Assembly (NCBI GenBank): GCA_044892525.1 | Contig: CM097885.1 | Coordinates: 32,116,001-32,180,000, forward strand | Direction: 5' to 3' | DNA length: 64,000 nt | DNA from: Schmidtea polychroa | Lineage: Eukaryota | Shown here: in pieces, positions 20,217 to 33,310 of the stretch | How positions within the stretch are numbered: position 1 is the stretch's first letter | Layout: every line of letters starts with the position of its first letter | The notes under the pieces: generated by a model | Told to the model about the DNA's origin: nothing | The model's input: the letters and a program-made list of their open reading frames with translations, nothing else | Databases searched by the model: none | Position numbers and translations under genes: made by a program

Positions 20217-21393
20217 CTATAAGTTATGATATAAAATGTTAAATATAAATGATAAAAAATTAAGTAATAGTAATAATAAATACCTATATTTAAATAAATA
20301 AATATAACATAAGTTAAAATTATGTATTATTTAAACATTTTATTTGTATATTTCAAAATATTATTTTAATTTTGAAAAATGAAATTAAATTAAGAATAAG
20401 GTAAAATTACATCCAATAAAAAAAATTTCAAAATATAATAGAAAATATAGATTTTATAATTTCAAAACTAAACAAAATAAAGCGACAGCTATAAATTATA
20501 AAAAAAATCATTTAGTAATTCATTTGAAGTTAAAGGATAAATTTAAAGTTCAACAAAAATAAAAATTTTGAAAAATAATTTAAAATTACATAAACAATAT
20601 TTATAACTCGAAACATTAATTCACAACATTCTTCTCTTCTTATAGTTGAAACTTCGTATAGGTGGACGATATGTTTGGAGATTTTCAGATGATGTCATTT
20701 TTGGTTCAGGATCACTTGGTTGAAGCATTTTATTTATTACTGTATTTTATTTATGATGTAATATTGTCGTTAAATTTCCAGAGCTCTTCAATTATTTAAA
20801 TTGCTACTGTGAGGCACAACACCAACAATATTATAATGTAATCAAGCAACGCCCGTTACTAACGTTGGAATGGTGCAGCTTGTGTGAAACCAGAAACAAA
20901 GTTGAGGACGGTTTTAAAATTCATTATGTTCTCTGTCTTAAATCAAAAATATCAATAATTTTTATTATTAGTCAGAAATTTGAATAAAACTTAGGAAAAT
21001 CTGATAAGTTTTATAAAAATTTTAAGGAAAATAATTCCAAAAAATTTTATATTTTTCAAATGAAATTAAAAATTCTACAAAAATTCGATGATAAATAACT
21101 GTTACGGATAATCGAAACTAAAAAAGTAATTAAAACGAGTTAATTGATGAAGTTAGCCATCGTGGGAAATCCATCCAATAAGAAATGGAGAATCTATCCA
21201 AAAATTTCACTTTTTTATCCCATTTTATGACCATATTCTTATCGAATTGAATCGCCAACAAGTAAGTAGTTTATAAATTTTTTGTTTTGAAAATCTATTA
21301 ATAATTGTACTAACATGAAAACATTTTATACATAAATATTTTTAAATTTATTTTTATTTGGTCATTCTTAAAGTTTTTCGTTTATATTAAATC

Positions 21394-24300
21394 CAGCGCC
21401 GGTTTGAGATAATTATACGCCCCAGGCGAAAATTATAAAAAGCGCCCTATTTTAAAAATTAGGTACAAAAATTATGATAAAATAAAAAAGTTTAACAAAA
21501 AACAATCCATTTATTACTTTATTTCATTTTTTTCGATTGACATATATATAAAAAAAACAGAATTTATAAGAATGATTTTTTCCTGGCTTTCATGTCTGCA
21601 AATTTTTCTATTGCTGCCTCCAAATTTAGGTTTGCTACAACATTATTTTCAATTGAAATAATGGCCAAATTATTCAACCTATCTTCCGTCATAGTAGATC
21701 GCAAATACGTTTTTATTAGTTTTAATTTACTAAAACTTCTTTCACCACTCGTAACACTAACAGGAATTGTTACGAGGATTCGTAAAGCCACCCACAGATT
21801 TGGTACTGTACTTTTCAAATTATTATCATTGATAAATTGTAAACATATTAAAGGATCTTTAACATCATCTGGTACCAATTGCTTCAATGATTCGATTTCC
21901 TCGCACAATTCTATTCCATTTATATCACTACTGGCCTCATTTGTTAATTTCAGATGTAAATCTTTGCAACTCTTCAGCAAATCACAACGATTTTTATTAT
22001 TGTGAATATTGAACAAAAAACCCCACGAATCTTCGAAATCTTTCATTTGCTGAAACCTTTCTGATATACATATCAACGATTGATCCAGCATAACATTAAA
22101 AACATGATTTTTATAATATTTTTCTGGGTCATTTACATCTGGAGTTTCATCGTCACACTCATAACTAAATTGTTTTTGTCGCCTTCTGATTCTTACAGCT
22201 TTAAATTGTGCGTTCACGTTTAATAGCGCAGCGAGATCTTTGGCCGATTTTAAAGCATCAGAAAAACCGGAGTCTCTATAATTTTCTAGAAAAATCTTAC
22301 AATTCCGAAGAAGCTCGATGGCGTTACTCATATCAAATGTAGCTTTTTGCATGGATTTGCTGACAATATTAAATTTTGACAAAAGTACGTACCAGGCAGA
22401 TAATGTTAACAAAAACTCGAAATCTTCTATTTTTTCAGATAAAGAGCTAGCTTCTGAAACAACTGCAGCATCTAATATTGTGTCTTGCAACTCATTTAAT
22501 GCGTTTCTAATTTCCGTGATTTCAAACATAATTGCTTTAATGCATTCGATTCTACATTCCCACCTCGTTTCACTTAAAGGTTTAGGATTTAATGATTTAA
22601 TATGTTTTTTCAATATATTCCATCGTCCAACAGATGCAGCAAACAAAGTATAAATTCTTTGAACATATCCGAAAAACTTTATGCACATTATTGAAGAAGA
22701 AACACTATCACCAATTAGTAGGTTAATTGAGTGACAACCGCAAGGCATAAAAAACGCTCTTGGATTTTCTTTTAAAATTCTAGCTTGCACTCCTTTAATT
22801 TTACCTTTCATATTAGCGCCGTTATCATATCCTTGGCCTCTACAGTTTGCTAATTCCAAATTGAATTCTTCTAAACTTTCACAAATATCATCATATAATC
22901 CTTTTCCAGTAGAATCAAAAACTGGTTTAAAGGATACAAAATGCTCTTTTATTTCCATATCCTCAACATCATAAAATCTTAACATTATGGAGAGCTGTTC
23001 GATATGGCTTATGTCAGGTGTGCAGTCTAAAATAATCGAAAAATATTTCGATTTACGAACAGAATCCAAAATATGACTTCTTGTCATATCACCAAGTGTA
23101 CTTATTAATTCGTTTTGTATAGTTTTTCCACAATAATGAACATGAATTTCTTGTGAGACCACCCTGCGCAAATGCTCATTTAATGGTAAATCAAATTTTC
23201 CTAGAAGTTCAACAAGGCCTAAAAAATTTCCATTATGCGGAACAAATAACTTATCACAAGAACCCCGAAATGCTAAATTATTTTTTGACAAAAATAATGT
23301 TATGTTTATTAATCTTTCTAGTACCTTTTTCCAATTATATTTTTCTTGGACTATCAAAGACTGCAAATTCTTATCAATAGTTTTATTGCCCTTTAATCTT
23401 AATCGAGTTTCTATCCAGTTTTTTTCACATTTTAAATGTGAAACTGACCGTTCGTGCATTTTCAAGCTGTCGTGAATATTTTTCCAATCCCATAAACCAG
23501 ATTTGGCTAGATTTGACCTACCTGATGGATCAAAAAGTTTGCAAAAAAAACAAAATACAGAATTTTTGGATTCTGAATAGTGCAACCATTTTCTTAGGAA
23601 TTTTTCACCATTACTTATTTGACGATAAAAAAGCGAATTGGAAAAGCTTCGATTATTTTCATCTCTTGGATAAATATGTTGTTGATTACACCTTTCTTCG
23701 TTTCCATATAAGTCAGTTACAACTATATGGTCAATTTCCGTATGTTTTAAATTTTGTGGCCATAGCCCAATATCATTATAATTTAAAATATTTTCAAATA
23801 CAGAATGAGTTGAATCACAAGGAACAATTATTTCAGTTCCGTGAGAAGACATTAAATTATCCTCATTGATAATATTACAATTTTCAGCTTCTGATGACAC
23901 ATTACCTATATCGTCCTCTGAGCTTGAAGATGTTGACTCGAAATGTTGATTATCATCGGCTACTGATTTACTGGAATTAAAATATTTCAATATTTTATCG
24001 TGCTTATCAGCTTGTTGTTGTCTATTTATTTTTCGTTTCCGATATTCATACCCACTCAATTTTTTTGGTGGCATCTTAGCTATGGCATAAATTTATATAA
24101 ATATATTATATATTTTCCAATATATTTTTAAAAAATGATCTTAATCTTACCTTACCTCTTATATATTTATATTTTTAAAACAGAATAGGAATACAAATTT
24201 AATTTGAATAAACTGCAACAACACAACACATTAGTTAGACACTTGAAACAAAAAAATTGTTAAAAAAAACTGGTAGCTATAGATGTTAATTTAACTCGCA

Positions 24301-24587
24301 CATCAGTTTTTGTAATACATACATATAATTTTTTTTATTTCAATTTTCAATACATATCAAAATTTCTCAGAATTGGAAATTCGTATATTTTGCATGTACT
24401 TTTTTTTTGTTTTTTCTTATTTTCAATTTTTTTTAAAACGGTTGGTTTCATAGATAAATTTCAAAATATAAAGTTTTGGAGGCTTATTTTATAATTTACT
24501 TTGATTGTTTATAATAAATTTTGGCGCCCTCTAAAAAAAGGCGCCCTAGGCTATGGCCTAGGTCGCCTGGCCATTGGGCCGGGCCTG
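21394..24587 (-). mobile_element. Full-length hAT DNA transposon
   Basis: 8-bp TSD ATTAAATC (21386-21393, 24588-24595). Imperfect termini CAGCGCCGG / CAGGCCCGG and subterminal GGCGCC motifs. Confidence 0.95.
21564..24074 (-). CDS. hAT transposase (ZMYM1-like: TTF-type Zn finger, DUF4371-like core, C-terminal dimerization domain)
   Basis: 836-aa intact ORF: SVFCFFCKLF, LAFRG, FSIILDCTPDISHIEQ, GQGYDNGANM, CGCHSINL, TRWE, SGERSFSKLKLIKTYLRSTM. Confidence 0.95.
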   Translation of the reverse strand: MPPKKLSGYEYRKRKINRQQQADKHDKILKYFNSSKSVADDNQHFESTSSSSEDDIGNVSSEAENCNIINEDNLMSSHGTEIIVPCDSTHSVFENILNYNDIGLWPQNLKHTEIDHIVVTDLYGNEERCNQQHIYPRDENNRSFSNSLFYRQISNGEKFLRKWLHYSESKNSVFCFFCKLFDPSGRSNLAKSGLWDWKNIHDSLKMHERSVSHLKCEKNWIETRLRLKGNKTIDKNLQSLIVQEKYNWKKVLERLINITLFLSKNNLAFRGSCDKLFVPHNGNFLGLVELLGKFDLPLNEHLRRVVSQEIHVHYCGKTIQNELISTLGDMTRSHILDSVRKSKYFSIILDCTPDISHIEQLSIMLRFYDVEDMEIKEHFVSFKPVFDSTGKGLYDDICESLEEFNLELANCRGQGYDNGANMKGKIKGVQARILKENPRAFFMPCGCHSINLLIGDSVSSSIMCIKFFGYVQRIYTLFAASVGRWNILKKHIKSLNPKPLSETRWECRIECIKAIMFEITEIRNALNELQDTILDAAVVSEASSLSEKIEDFEFLLTLSAWYVLLSKFNIVSKSMQKATFDMSNAIELLRNCKIFLENYRDSGFSDALKSAKDLAALLNVNAQFKAVRIRRRQKQFSYECDDETPDVNDPEKYYKNHVFNVMLDQSLICISERFQQMKDFEDSWGFLFNIHNNKNRCDLLKSCKDLHLKLTNEASSDINGIELCEEIESLKQLVPDDVKDPLICLQFINDNNLKSTVPNLWVALRILVTIPVSVTSGERSFSKLKLIKTYLRSTMTEDRLNNLAIISIENNVVANLNLEAAIEKFADMKARKKSFL

Positions 24588-27009
24588 ATTAAATCACACA
24601 TTTATTTGGAATTTAAAGTTTGAGTTTAAGCCAAATCAATTTTTCTATTTATCCTATCTATGCTCCAATTACCACCCTGCTGATTTGAACAAAGTTACAT
24701 TCTTATGTATGCAAGGAGTAGAAATGGATAATGTCCTACCGATTATTTCTTTTAATTTTTAGGGTAAAGTCTATAAGGAAGAAGGGCCTGGAGATGGACG
24801 CTGGCTTGCCACCGGAAAATTTTGTGATTGATTTTTTAATATGACTAATCTGGTTCCATATAGATCCGTCCCTGATTGTGTTTTTTAGCCCAATAGTCAC
24901 CATGGGTGTAAACAGCTGCCTTCGAGATGGAAGTTTTATAATGATATAATTTATACCACCAAAAATTATGGGAAAAGGGAAAAGTACTCTGCCTCGTTTA
25001 TGTTATTTATTATTGTGTTGTGTCGAAACTAACTCCCATCTTGTTTTGTTCATCTAGTACGATAACATAATAAAAAGAACGCTTAAAAAATCAATTAGGA
25101 TAGGAAAAGATAAATTAATACATGCAGTACAAGATATTAAAATTATTATTGACTGAGCTTAGGTAGTCAAATTCTATTCCTGGTTGTTAGGAGGTCTGGA
25201 ATTGGTGTACTCAGCAGACAATCTTATCAGTCACTCCCTGAGGTTATTATACAACTAGCCCATTTCTCTTGAAGTCGGATATGGGAAAGTATTAAACTAT
25301 ACACATGTTAAAAAGAAAAATTAACTAGTCTAGGATATCAGAAATAAGACACCAGAGAAAAGAATGATCGATGAAATTATATAACAATAAATTGATAGAT
25401 CAACAGCCAAAAACAGAAAAAAAAATTACATGGCGCACTAAATTATAAAATTTTCAAACTTTTCCCTTTACCAACTTTTCTGTGTGCTTTGTATGCTTCA
25501 AATTTTCATAGTGATTTGGTGAATTTGGAACCTATAAGTTGGTAAGAATTCCATCTTGCTTAATTTTCCTTTCAAATTACTTTAAATTCTACCTAAAAAG
25601 AAAAATATCAACTTTTTTTGAATTAAAACGGTTTTCAAATTGAAAATTTTAAACAAACAACGTTTAGGAATTTTTTGATTTTTTCTTTATAGGAAATTTT
25701 AGAGAGAAAAGATCATGTGAGTTAAATCCATCTTTAAATTTCGCAGCAAAATCTTGAAACCAACAATATATATTTAATCAAAGAATTTATAAATAACAAT
25801 TTTTATTTTTTTACAAGTACAAAAACCGCCAACTCCAAATTATTTAAACAAAAAGATATCTAACTATGTGTAATTCAAAAAATCCAAAATAATTTGTGGT
25901 AATTGTAAATATCTATTTTTCTTTCATTTATTTGCATGATTTTAGAATGAAAGTCAGAGAATTAAATTTAGAATAAGTTTGCAAATTAATAAAGTTATCA
26001 TTTTTTCTTAAGGTCGGAATTTAAGGGAATTGTGAAGATAAAAGAAATTAGAGTTTAAGTGGAAAACATTTTCAAGTGCAAAATAAGAAATTGGAAATCT
26101 TTAATAAAATTCTTTTTAATTCAGGAAATTAGGGTGTTCAGCATTTGTAGAAGCCGCATATTTGACTGAAAATATTTATAATATGTAAATTATAAGTGTG
26201 ATAAGGTATGTCATGATTCACAAAAACTTTGGTATATTGTTTTTATTTACAATATGAATATGTATTTATGTGTATGTATTGTATATGTTTATATCTCTAT
26301 AAAAACTCGAAACTTGCATTTCGTTTTTGAGTATTTATGTAAACTAAGTAAATTTTGACTTCCTCCGGCGATGCAAAAATTGCAAATATGGATCTTTAAA
26401 GAAAGTTTGACTTTGCAAGGGTGATTTAAGACAACAAATTTATTTTTCTCAATCACTGCTATTGTTTCTATACTTTTGTGGATTGGGATTTTGTCTTAGA
26501 GAAGCCATAGATGAACGCTATGTGACTTTCGACGATTACCTGTGCTTCTATCCACAGGGTTATTGCAGTAGATGGAATTATTTCGTAGACATATTTTCAG
26601 CGAAATCCGTAGAGATTATACTACTTTGATTCCAAAATATTGTCAACCTAAATGACATTTGATGACATGATGCAAATTCCATCTTCCTAAAACTTCGTTT
26701 CTCCATGGAATTTTCATTCGCTGGAGTCACACTTTGTCTCAGAAACATACAGGGATAAAGGGATTTCATCCACATTACTGATATTTCTGAGGAATTAGTC
26801 ACCACATGTTTCCGCATAATAATTAAATATATTTGATTTTCTTAATTAATTTGATTTATGGAATAACTTCTACTGGGAACTCCTCGTTGATTTTATATTA
26901 ATATATGAGTATTCGGCATTTTTATTTTTACCAATATTTCCTCTGAAATAAATCAATTTTACCTTGTCGTGCTGTTTCCAGCGTAACCCAGGATACAATC
27001 AAATGTTCA

Positions 27010-27215
27010 TCCTCTTGATACCCGTTGAGTGATCAACGTTGGTACTGTATCAAGAGGGTGAGTGCTCGCATAAAGTGAGCGTATCATTTGGACTATATTT
27101 GTCAGACACTCCTTTGGGTTCACGGACTGCCGATAAAAGGCCTGTTTCCGATTTAGATTGTTTTGCTGATGGGCTTGTTCCCGATCCTTTCGCAGATTCT
27201 CTAGAAGTCTGAACA
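27010..27215 (-). CDS. Possible host exon, unknown product
   Basis: GC-richer open frame (FRLLENLRKDREQ...) directly after a polypyrimidine-AG acceptor. No recognisable domain and no partner exons established. Confidence 0.3.
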
Positions 27216-27994
27216 CTAAAAAAACAAAATAAGACCATTAGATTGACTCCCTGTCTGTTCTGACTTTCTTTCTCAACCAAAATATAGTAAAATAAAACTC
27301 CGTAATTTTACCAGTTAGCATATACGCAATTAGTCAAAGACTGATTTAGTCGCGTATTACCTATCCTGACCTAAGCATATAATCCGAAATCTTTAGTGCA
27401 CTAAAATCGACTTGCCTGGAAATATCAACAGTCAATAACATAAGTCTTGAGTGATACATGTATACATTAAAGTACAACATTATAATTATCAAAGCAAAAT
27501 GAATACACGGTGCGTACACCCATAAACCGTCAATATGCTGATGTCTAAGGCTAAATTAAGAAGACTCAAAAACAAAAATTGATTGGTGTATCTCCCGAGG
27601 GCTGGCGAACATGGGATTGCTACTGATAGTCCCGAGAGGTGACCTTCCGGGGTTATTACTTGTTACAACTTGATTGCGTACGGCGTGCGGGCTATCCTAC
27701 GAAATCTATGTCAAGTAATTTAAGTATTTATACCATCATACAGAGTAGAAATATAAACTAATTATTCATTATTGTGTAGTAGGTAGGTTTAAATTTTAGT
27801 GAAATTTAAAATATAAAGTAAATGAAATTACAAATCTACCATCGCCCTCTTAACCCATGGCAACAACCAATTTTTCTGGGCGCTTTAACGGCCCTCTCTA
27901 GGTCTCAAACGCCTAAAATTAAATTTTTGATAACCATTGAATCGCTAACTTTTTCTTCAAGTTTTAAGTTGACACTATTCATTCTGGGTAAAAG

Positions 27995-28008
27995 TACACA
28001 CACACATG

Positions 28009-28076
<68 letters not shown>
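27995..28076. repeat. (CA)n-(TA)n microsatellite
   Basis: Direct inspection. Confidence 0.95.
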
Positions 28077-28077
<1 letters not shown>

Positions 28078-28084
28078 GATTATC

Positions 28085-29720
28085 ACTATTAACCTGGTTT
28101 GGACTACTATGTCACTTGGGAGGGGCTGTTAAAAAAATTAATTTATAAATTTTAATTTTTCAGGTTAAATATATATGAATATGGTATATTAGTGTCATTA
28201 AATTTGCTGTTGACCGCCCTGTCGCTTGAGGGGGTCTTATTAAAAATTGTAAATTTTAATTTTTTTCAGTTTAATATATCCCTATAGTCTAAATATCCAT
28301 ACAGTCTCAATTGATACTACTGCTATTGGTTTAGCTGCCATACAAGTTGTATGATACAACCTGGGGATGTATTTACGAAAAATTGTAAGTTCTAATTTTT
28401 TAAGTTTAATATATCTATATATATTCTAAATTGATATTATTACTATTATTTACTATTATTATACGACCTTGGGGGGGGGGGGGGGGGTATTTACGAAAAA
28501 TTATAAGTTCTAAAATTTTTTTATCAATATATATTTGTTGGGTTTTATGATACTAAAAGTCAACCGTTAGTTACTCTGACTCCTCGTGTTCCAAAAATTA
28601 ATAAACACAACTCCCAACGTAAATTTGTTTTATAGAAAATCTACAATGCTCAATAAATAATTACAACTTTTAGTTAACCACGATTTTCTCACAATTTCCG
28701 ATCGAACTCCGCTCTGGAAGGTCTCGACCTTGTACGATTTAAAAATAAGTTTCTTACTCCTTTTCTAACTCTTTAATTCCTCTTATAATTCGTTTTTTTC
28801 TTTTATTTTATTCATCGAACTCCTATCGTCCGTTGCTTTTTCCCTACCTAAAGCTACTGCCGATTATCTGAATTTGGAGTTTCCTTATATACTCCCATAA
28901 TCGTTGTAATTGCCCCATTTTTGACCTAATTGGTTTTTACTTCTTTAGTTATCATTCTCTAATTAGCTATTTCTGTTGACCCTCTTCGTAATTCCCCTTC
29001 TTTTGTTTATCCTCGTTTATCCAGCTGTTTGGATAATTGCCCTCCGAATTCCTCGTTTGTTTATCCTTCCATATTGCCGCGCTCGGGTTTTCTTCATCAC
29101 TCGGGTTCTCCATTGGCTCGGGCTTCCCATTAGCTCGGGTTTCCCATTAGCCAATTAATTAATTAATTAATAATTTGCGTTTTTTCATATTGGCCTGTTT
29201 TACGACCCTTTCTAAACATTTTCTAACAATTTCTTGCTCATTGTCTTCTTCACCATCATCTGATCGACCCATCTCCCGCTTTCTAGCTTCAATTTCGATA
29301 ACTTTTTCATTTTATTCCACTTCCTCAGGTATGCGAATTTTTCCATTTCGTGTCTGATTGTACCCTTTTATAGTTCTGTTTTATCATATCTTTCTTTGCC
29401 ATTGCTTCTCTGCTTGACCGCCATTCAATTTCGGTTTTCCTTTTAATCGGAACTATTCGATTTATTATAATTTAATAATTTACTTTTAAAACCTCAACAT
29501 ATTTATATACTTTATACTGTTAAGATTACCATTGATTGAGTCGTCATACAACTTGGGGTGTACTTTATGAAAATTATAAATTTTGATTTTTTAGGTTTAA
29601 TTTATCCGTACATATTCTATAATGATGTCGATACGATTATCTTGACTATTATTCGACCTATTGGGTGGGGGTGATTTATAAAATTTTAATTTTTGGTTTG
29701 ATATATCTAAATATACTTTA
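28085..29720. repeat. Degenerate tandem array (about 6 units of roughly 120 bp, each with a G-rich block and AAAATT..AAATTTT), split by a solo LTR
   Basis: Recurrent ACYTGGGG..ATTT...AAAAATTRTAA.TT.TAATTTTT units at 28110-28530 and 29550-29720. Confidence 0.6.
28536..29499 (-). mobile_element. Solo LTR, ~1-kb family, copy A
   Basis: TGTTG...CAACA termini with 4-bp TSD TATT. Homologous to copies at 34897, 60562, 61819 and 62787. Strand is inferred. Confidence 0.85.
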
Positions 29721-29973
29721 AAATGTTTTCTTGTGTGTTAAGATTTTTGAAAATATTTTTATACCATTCACCTTAAAAAGTTATTCTCTCCAATATACTG
29801 CTTTGAAAATTTTATCCTAAATATAGAGCATTAACAGTCCTTAAAATTAGGTACATCTTTTGCTGATCTTCACAAATTAACGCACAAACCAAACATTGTT
29901 TGCAACAGGATGATTAATAAATATGTGGAGTTGCAAAAGGATAAATATGGAGGTGAAACAAATTACAACAATG

Positions 29974-30549
29974 CAGCGCCGTCTCTTCCATTGTGCTAAC
30001 TGTGCTAAGCACAGAGGGCGCCGTGAGTGAAGGGGCGCCTTAAATTTTATAAAAGCCATAAATTTGATAAAATTGAAAAAAAAATTGAAAAGAAAAATTT
30101 AATAATTTAAGTATATTAGCCATTGAGTCTGAATTGTTTGAAAGTATTGACTGTGAAGAAATAGTTGATAGTTTTGCAAGACATAAATCTAGAAAGAAAA
30201 AAATATTGTAATCGTTTTTCTTCATTATACATATTAATTCTATTTAATGTTATATTTTGATATTTATGTTTGAAAGAAATTTATTTTTTTCTTAATTTTT
30301 TTGTTTAAAGAAAACATTAGACTGTTGAATTTTTGTAAGCTAATTTAATATTATTTTTTTATTGTTTTTTTTGTTCGTTTGTTATCCTAGTCATTGAAAT
30401 AAAATGATGTAATATATAATATTAATATATGTATATGCAATAATGTGTAATATTATTAATAAACATAATATATTTTTGTAAAAATTGTTTTTTTAGGGGC
30501 GCATTATAGTTTATAGCACAGGGGCGAAAATTTTCTAAAGACACCTTTG
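29974..30549 (+). mobile_element. Non-autonomous hAT deletion derivative
   Basis: 8-bp TSD CAACAATG; left end CAGCGCCGTC. Retains a transposase C-terminus (NNLSILAIESELFESIDCEEIVDSFARHKSRKKKIL*). Confidence 0.9.
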
Positions 30550-30602
30550 CAACAATGAAAGGGTACAGGGAAATAGTGTAAACTATCTATTTTTCTTCTA
30601 AT

Positions 30603-33051
30603 TGTTGGGCTGAGAAGTAAGATAAAAATGAAGCATGAAAAATGTAAATAAGTAAAAATTGAAAACAATAGAAAACAACGAAAATATACCTCAAAAAAAT
30701 CAAATTAAAATAAATATATAAAATAAGTATAGTAATTAAAATGAAATATAGGAAAAATAAAACATAGGATTAAAACAATAAATTAAAAGAATTAAAAATA
30801 CAAAATATCGATAAAAGAAGCAAAATAACATGCAGTTAATAGAAAGAATTTAAAAAATTAATATAAGTACAAGAAAAAGCAAAGAAAACTTAATAAAAGT
30901 AATAAATTATATAAATTAAATTAAATTAAAGAAATTAACGACGCCTCGATTTTGATTGGCCCGCTCATTTCACAATATGCTATTTAAGCACAGCATTGAA
31001 ATAAAAATTTCAATATTTAAATTTTACAAATTTAGGTAAGCTACATTAAGTAGAATAAGTTAATGTTTAAATTTTACAAATTTAAATTTAGAAATCAATT
31101 TACTTCTTCAAATACCCAAATTATACCAAGAGGGAAAGAGTTTAAGAATTACTCAGCAACTTCAAGTGACGAACAAATCACTCGGACTCAGAACGATTAA
31201 CTGATTTAGCGGACTAATTGAAACATCACTTAGAGATTCAGTAAATAATATTTATTATTTATATATGTTACCACGTAAGTGAATATGTAATTTATTATAA
31301 CCATTAAATGAATTTTATAAAATTGGTTCATTTTTCGTTTTTCATTATACATTAATATTAAGTAATTTTTGAAGGTTAAATAATTATCACAATTTTGTTA
31401 AAACCAAAATGGCAAATATTTTTATTTTAACGAAAACAAGTTTTGCAACGATAGATTATGCGCACAATTTTTATGCAGTTCGTATGATTTGTTCGTTTCT
31501 GAATGAGGAGAGATTGATGACATTTGGTATCCAAAAGGCCACGACTCAAGGGACATCAGTTGTTCCTTGGATTAGCAGGTCGGCTGGCATTTCAGTGGCA
31601 TCGCGGTTGAGCGGGTCGATATGTAGGGGTTTCTCTACTGATCTGTCGCCGTTGAGAATTTTCGATATGATAACAATCCATAATAATTTTGCGAACATAA
31701 AGTCAGAGATGTTGAAGTGAGCGCAATGATTGAGAGTGTCTACAGGATATACATTATCTTCTTTACCAAGCCATTCACTTTGATTTCACCTACTTCGGAC
31801 AAATGAAGTTTTCCTTCGTAAAAATCCGACAAGCAGCACGATTGTGAGAATCAGGACTCTAGATTGAATTAGGACGTAAATTGATTGAGATACGCTACAT
31901 CATAAAAAGGATCGTAATCCACACGCACGATATCCACACTTCTGTCATCATCGAGAGAGATAGTCCGTCGATCATATATAAAGGTACTCTAGGACGTATA
32001 TTATTATAAATCTTTTTAATGGGGTGAATCGGGTGGTGCACGAACATATTTTCGCATGTTAATCTCACGAGACAGTTTTCTCGGCACACACTTCAAGGGC
32101 AAGACCATCGGTCATGAAATTGTTAGCACATTGACACTCGATACGATGATAGTGAATACGAACAAGCATTCAATTCGAAAAATTAAACATAAAACGACAC
32201 CTAATTTTCTCCGAAATAATTTGACGACATTATCAACCACCGAACAAAATCGATAAAATCCACTATATTCACGTCCACCGATGTTCGATCATTAGATTCG
32301 ATGAGTACAGATCTCTGTGCATAACCGGTAATCAGGGTTAGTATGAGCTCATCAGATTTTCTATGAGTATCCCAGTGGAAAGCCAATCGCTCGGTCAAAC
32401 GTTCTAAATCAGTTTATTATCAATGTATTAATGCCGGTTCATCTTTTTTTCTTTGTAGAAAATGCACAATATTCCTTCTACGTCGGCGGTACTCAAGCCT
32501 TGTTTCTCCTGTGCCGACAAGAATTCGATAATTAAAACGCTTCAAGCTCAGTGTATCGCCTTATTAGACTTTTCTCCAACGCCTTGAGTATCCTAATTTG
32601 AGCATGTGGAGTAAATCCCGTCATTTTGATTTTCTTTTTCGTTCTGTTTATTTGGTAAAGTATAATATACGTGTAAATGTGTCCAGAGTTGTGTCATAAA
32701 TTTTCGTGATATGACCGAGTGATATAGGGCTGGTTTGAAAGTGGCGTGTTTATCCGAAAAACCGGACAAACCGATCAGGTTTTTTAACGAATGACGTAAG
32801 ACGTAAGTCCTTTCATCGGCAGTTAATAGAGGAGTGAGTCGAATTGTAGCAAAGGAGTAGTCCTAAGATAAGGGCTCGCCTGCTTCGCTGAATTCCGCCA
32901 TCATGACACAGGACCAACATTCTGTAGGGCGTGGGTGTCATGGTGTGAGAACGATCCGACTTGCGCCCAACAAGCGGAGTTGCGTAGAGTGACTGACCAT
33001 CATTCCCTAGTAGCCAAATGAATTGATGTTGACCTAGTCGACAACCCAACA
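30603..33051 (+). mobile_element. Diverged, internally deleted solo LTR of the giant Gypsy family (2449 bp)
   Basis: TGTTGGGCTGAG...CCCAACA with TAAT on both sides and no PBS after it. Shares promoter, donor, acceptor+ORF-A start and U5 blocks with 13718-17887. Confidence 0.8.
32462..32587 (+). pseudogene. Truncated ORF-A homolog
   Basis: MHNIPSTSAVLKPCFSCADKNSIIKTLQAQ versus MLPNSKTVLRPCFPCSDKNSIIKELQAQ. Homology ends at 32551. Acceptor AG at 32457-32458. Confidence 0.85.
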
Positions 33052-33310
33052 TAATCGTAATCCATCACATAAAAACAAGTATGTTAACAAAATTGTTGAC
33101 TTACTAAGAAAAATTATTAAATAAAAATCTAAGAATTGAAAAGAATTATATTAAAGCATCATACCCTTAATTAATGTCATTTATACCCTTATTTAATGTC
33201 ATTTAATACCCTTATTTAATGTCATATATTCCCTACAGATTGCAAACAAAATAATCAGTAAAATTAAAACAAAAGAAAAAATATATTTAATGAAATCTGA
33301 TCTGTATTGA

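Noticed and set aside
24660-24950. Possible three-exon plus-strand mini-gene (CSNYHPAD.../GKVYKEEGPGDGRW...)
   Set aside because: No start, weak donors and no recognisable domain; cannot be supported without transcripts.
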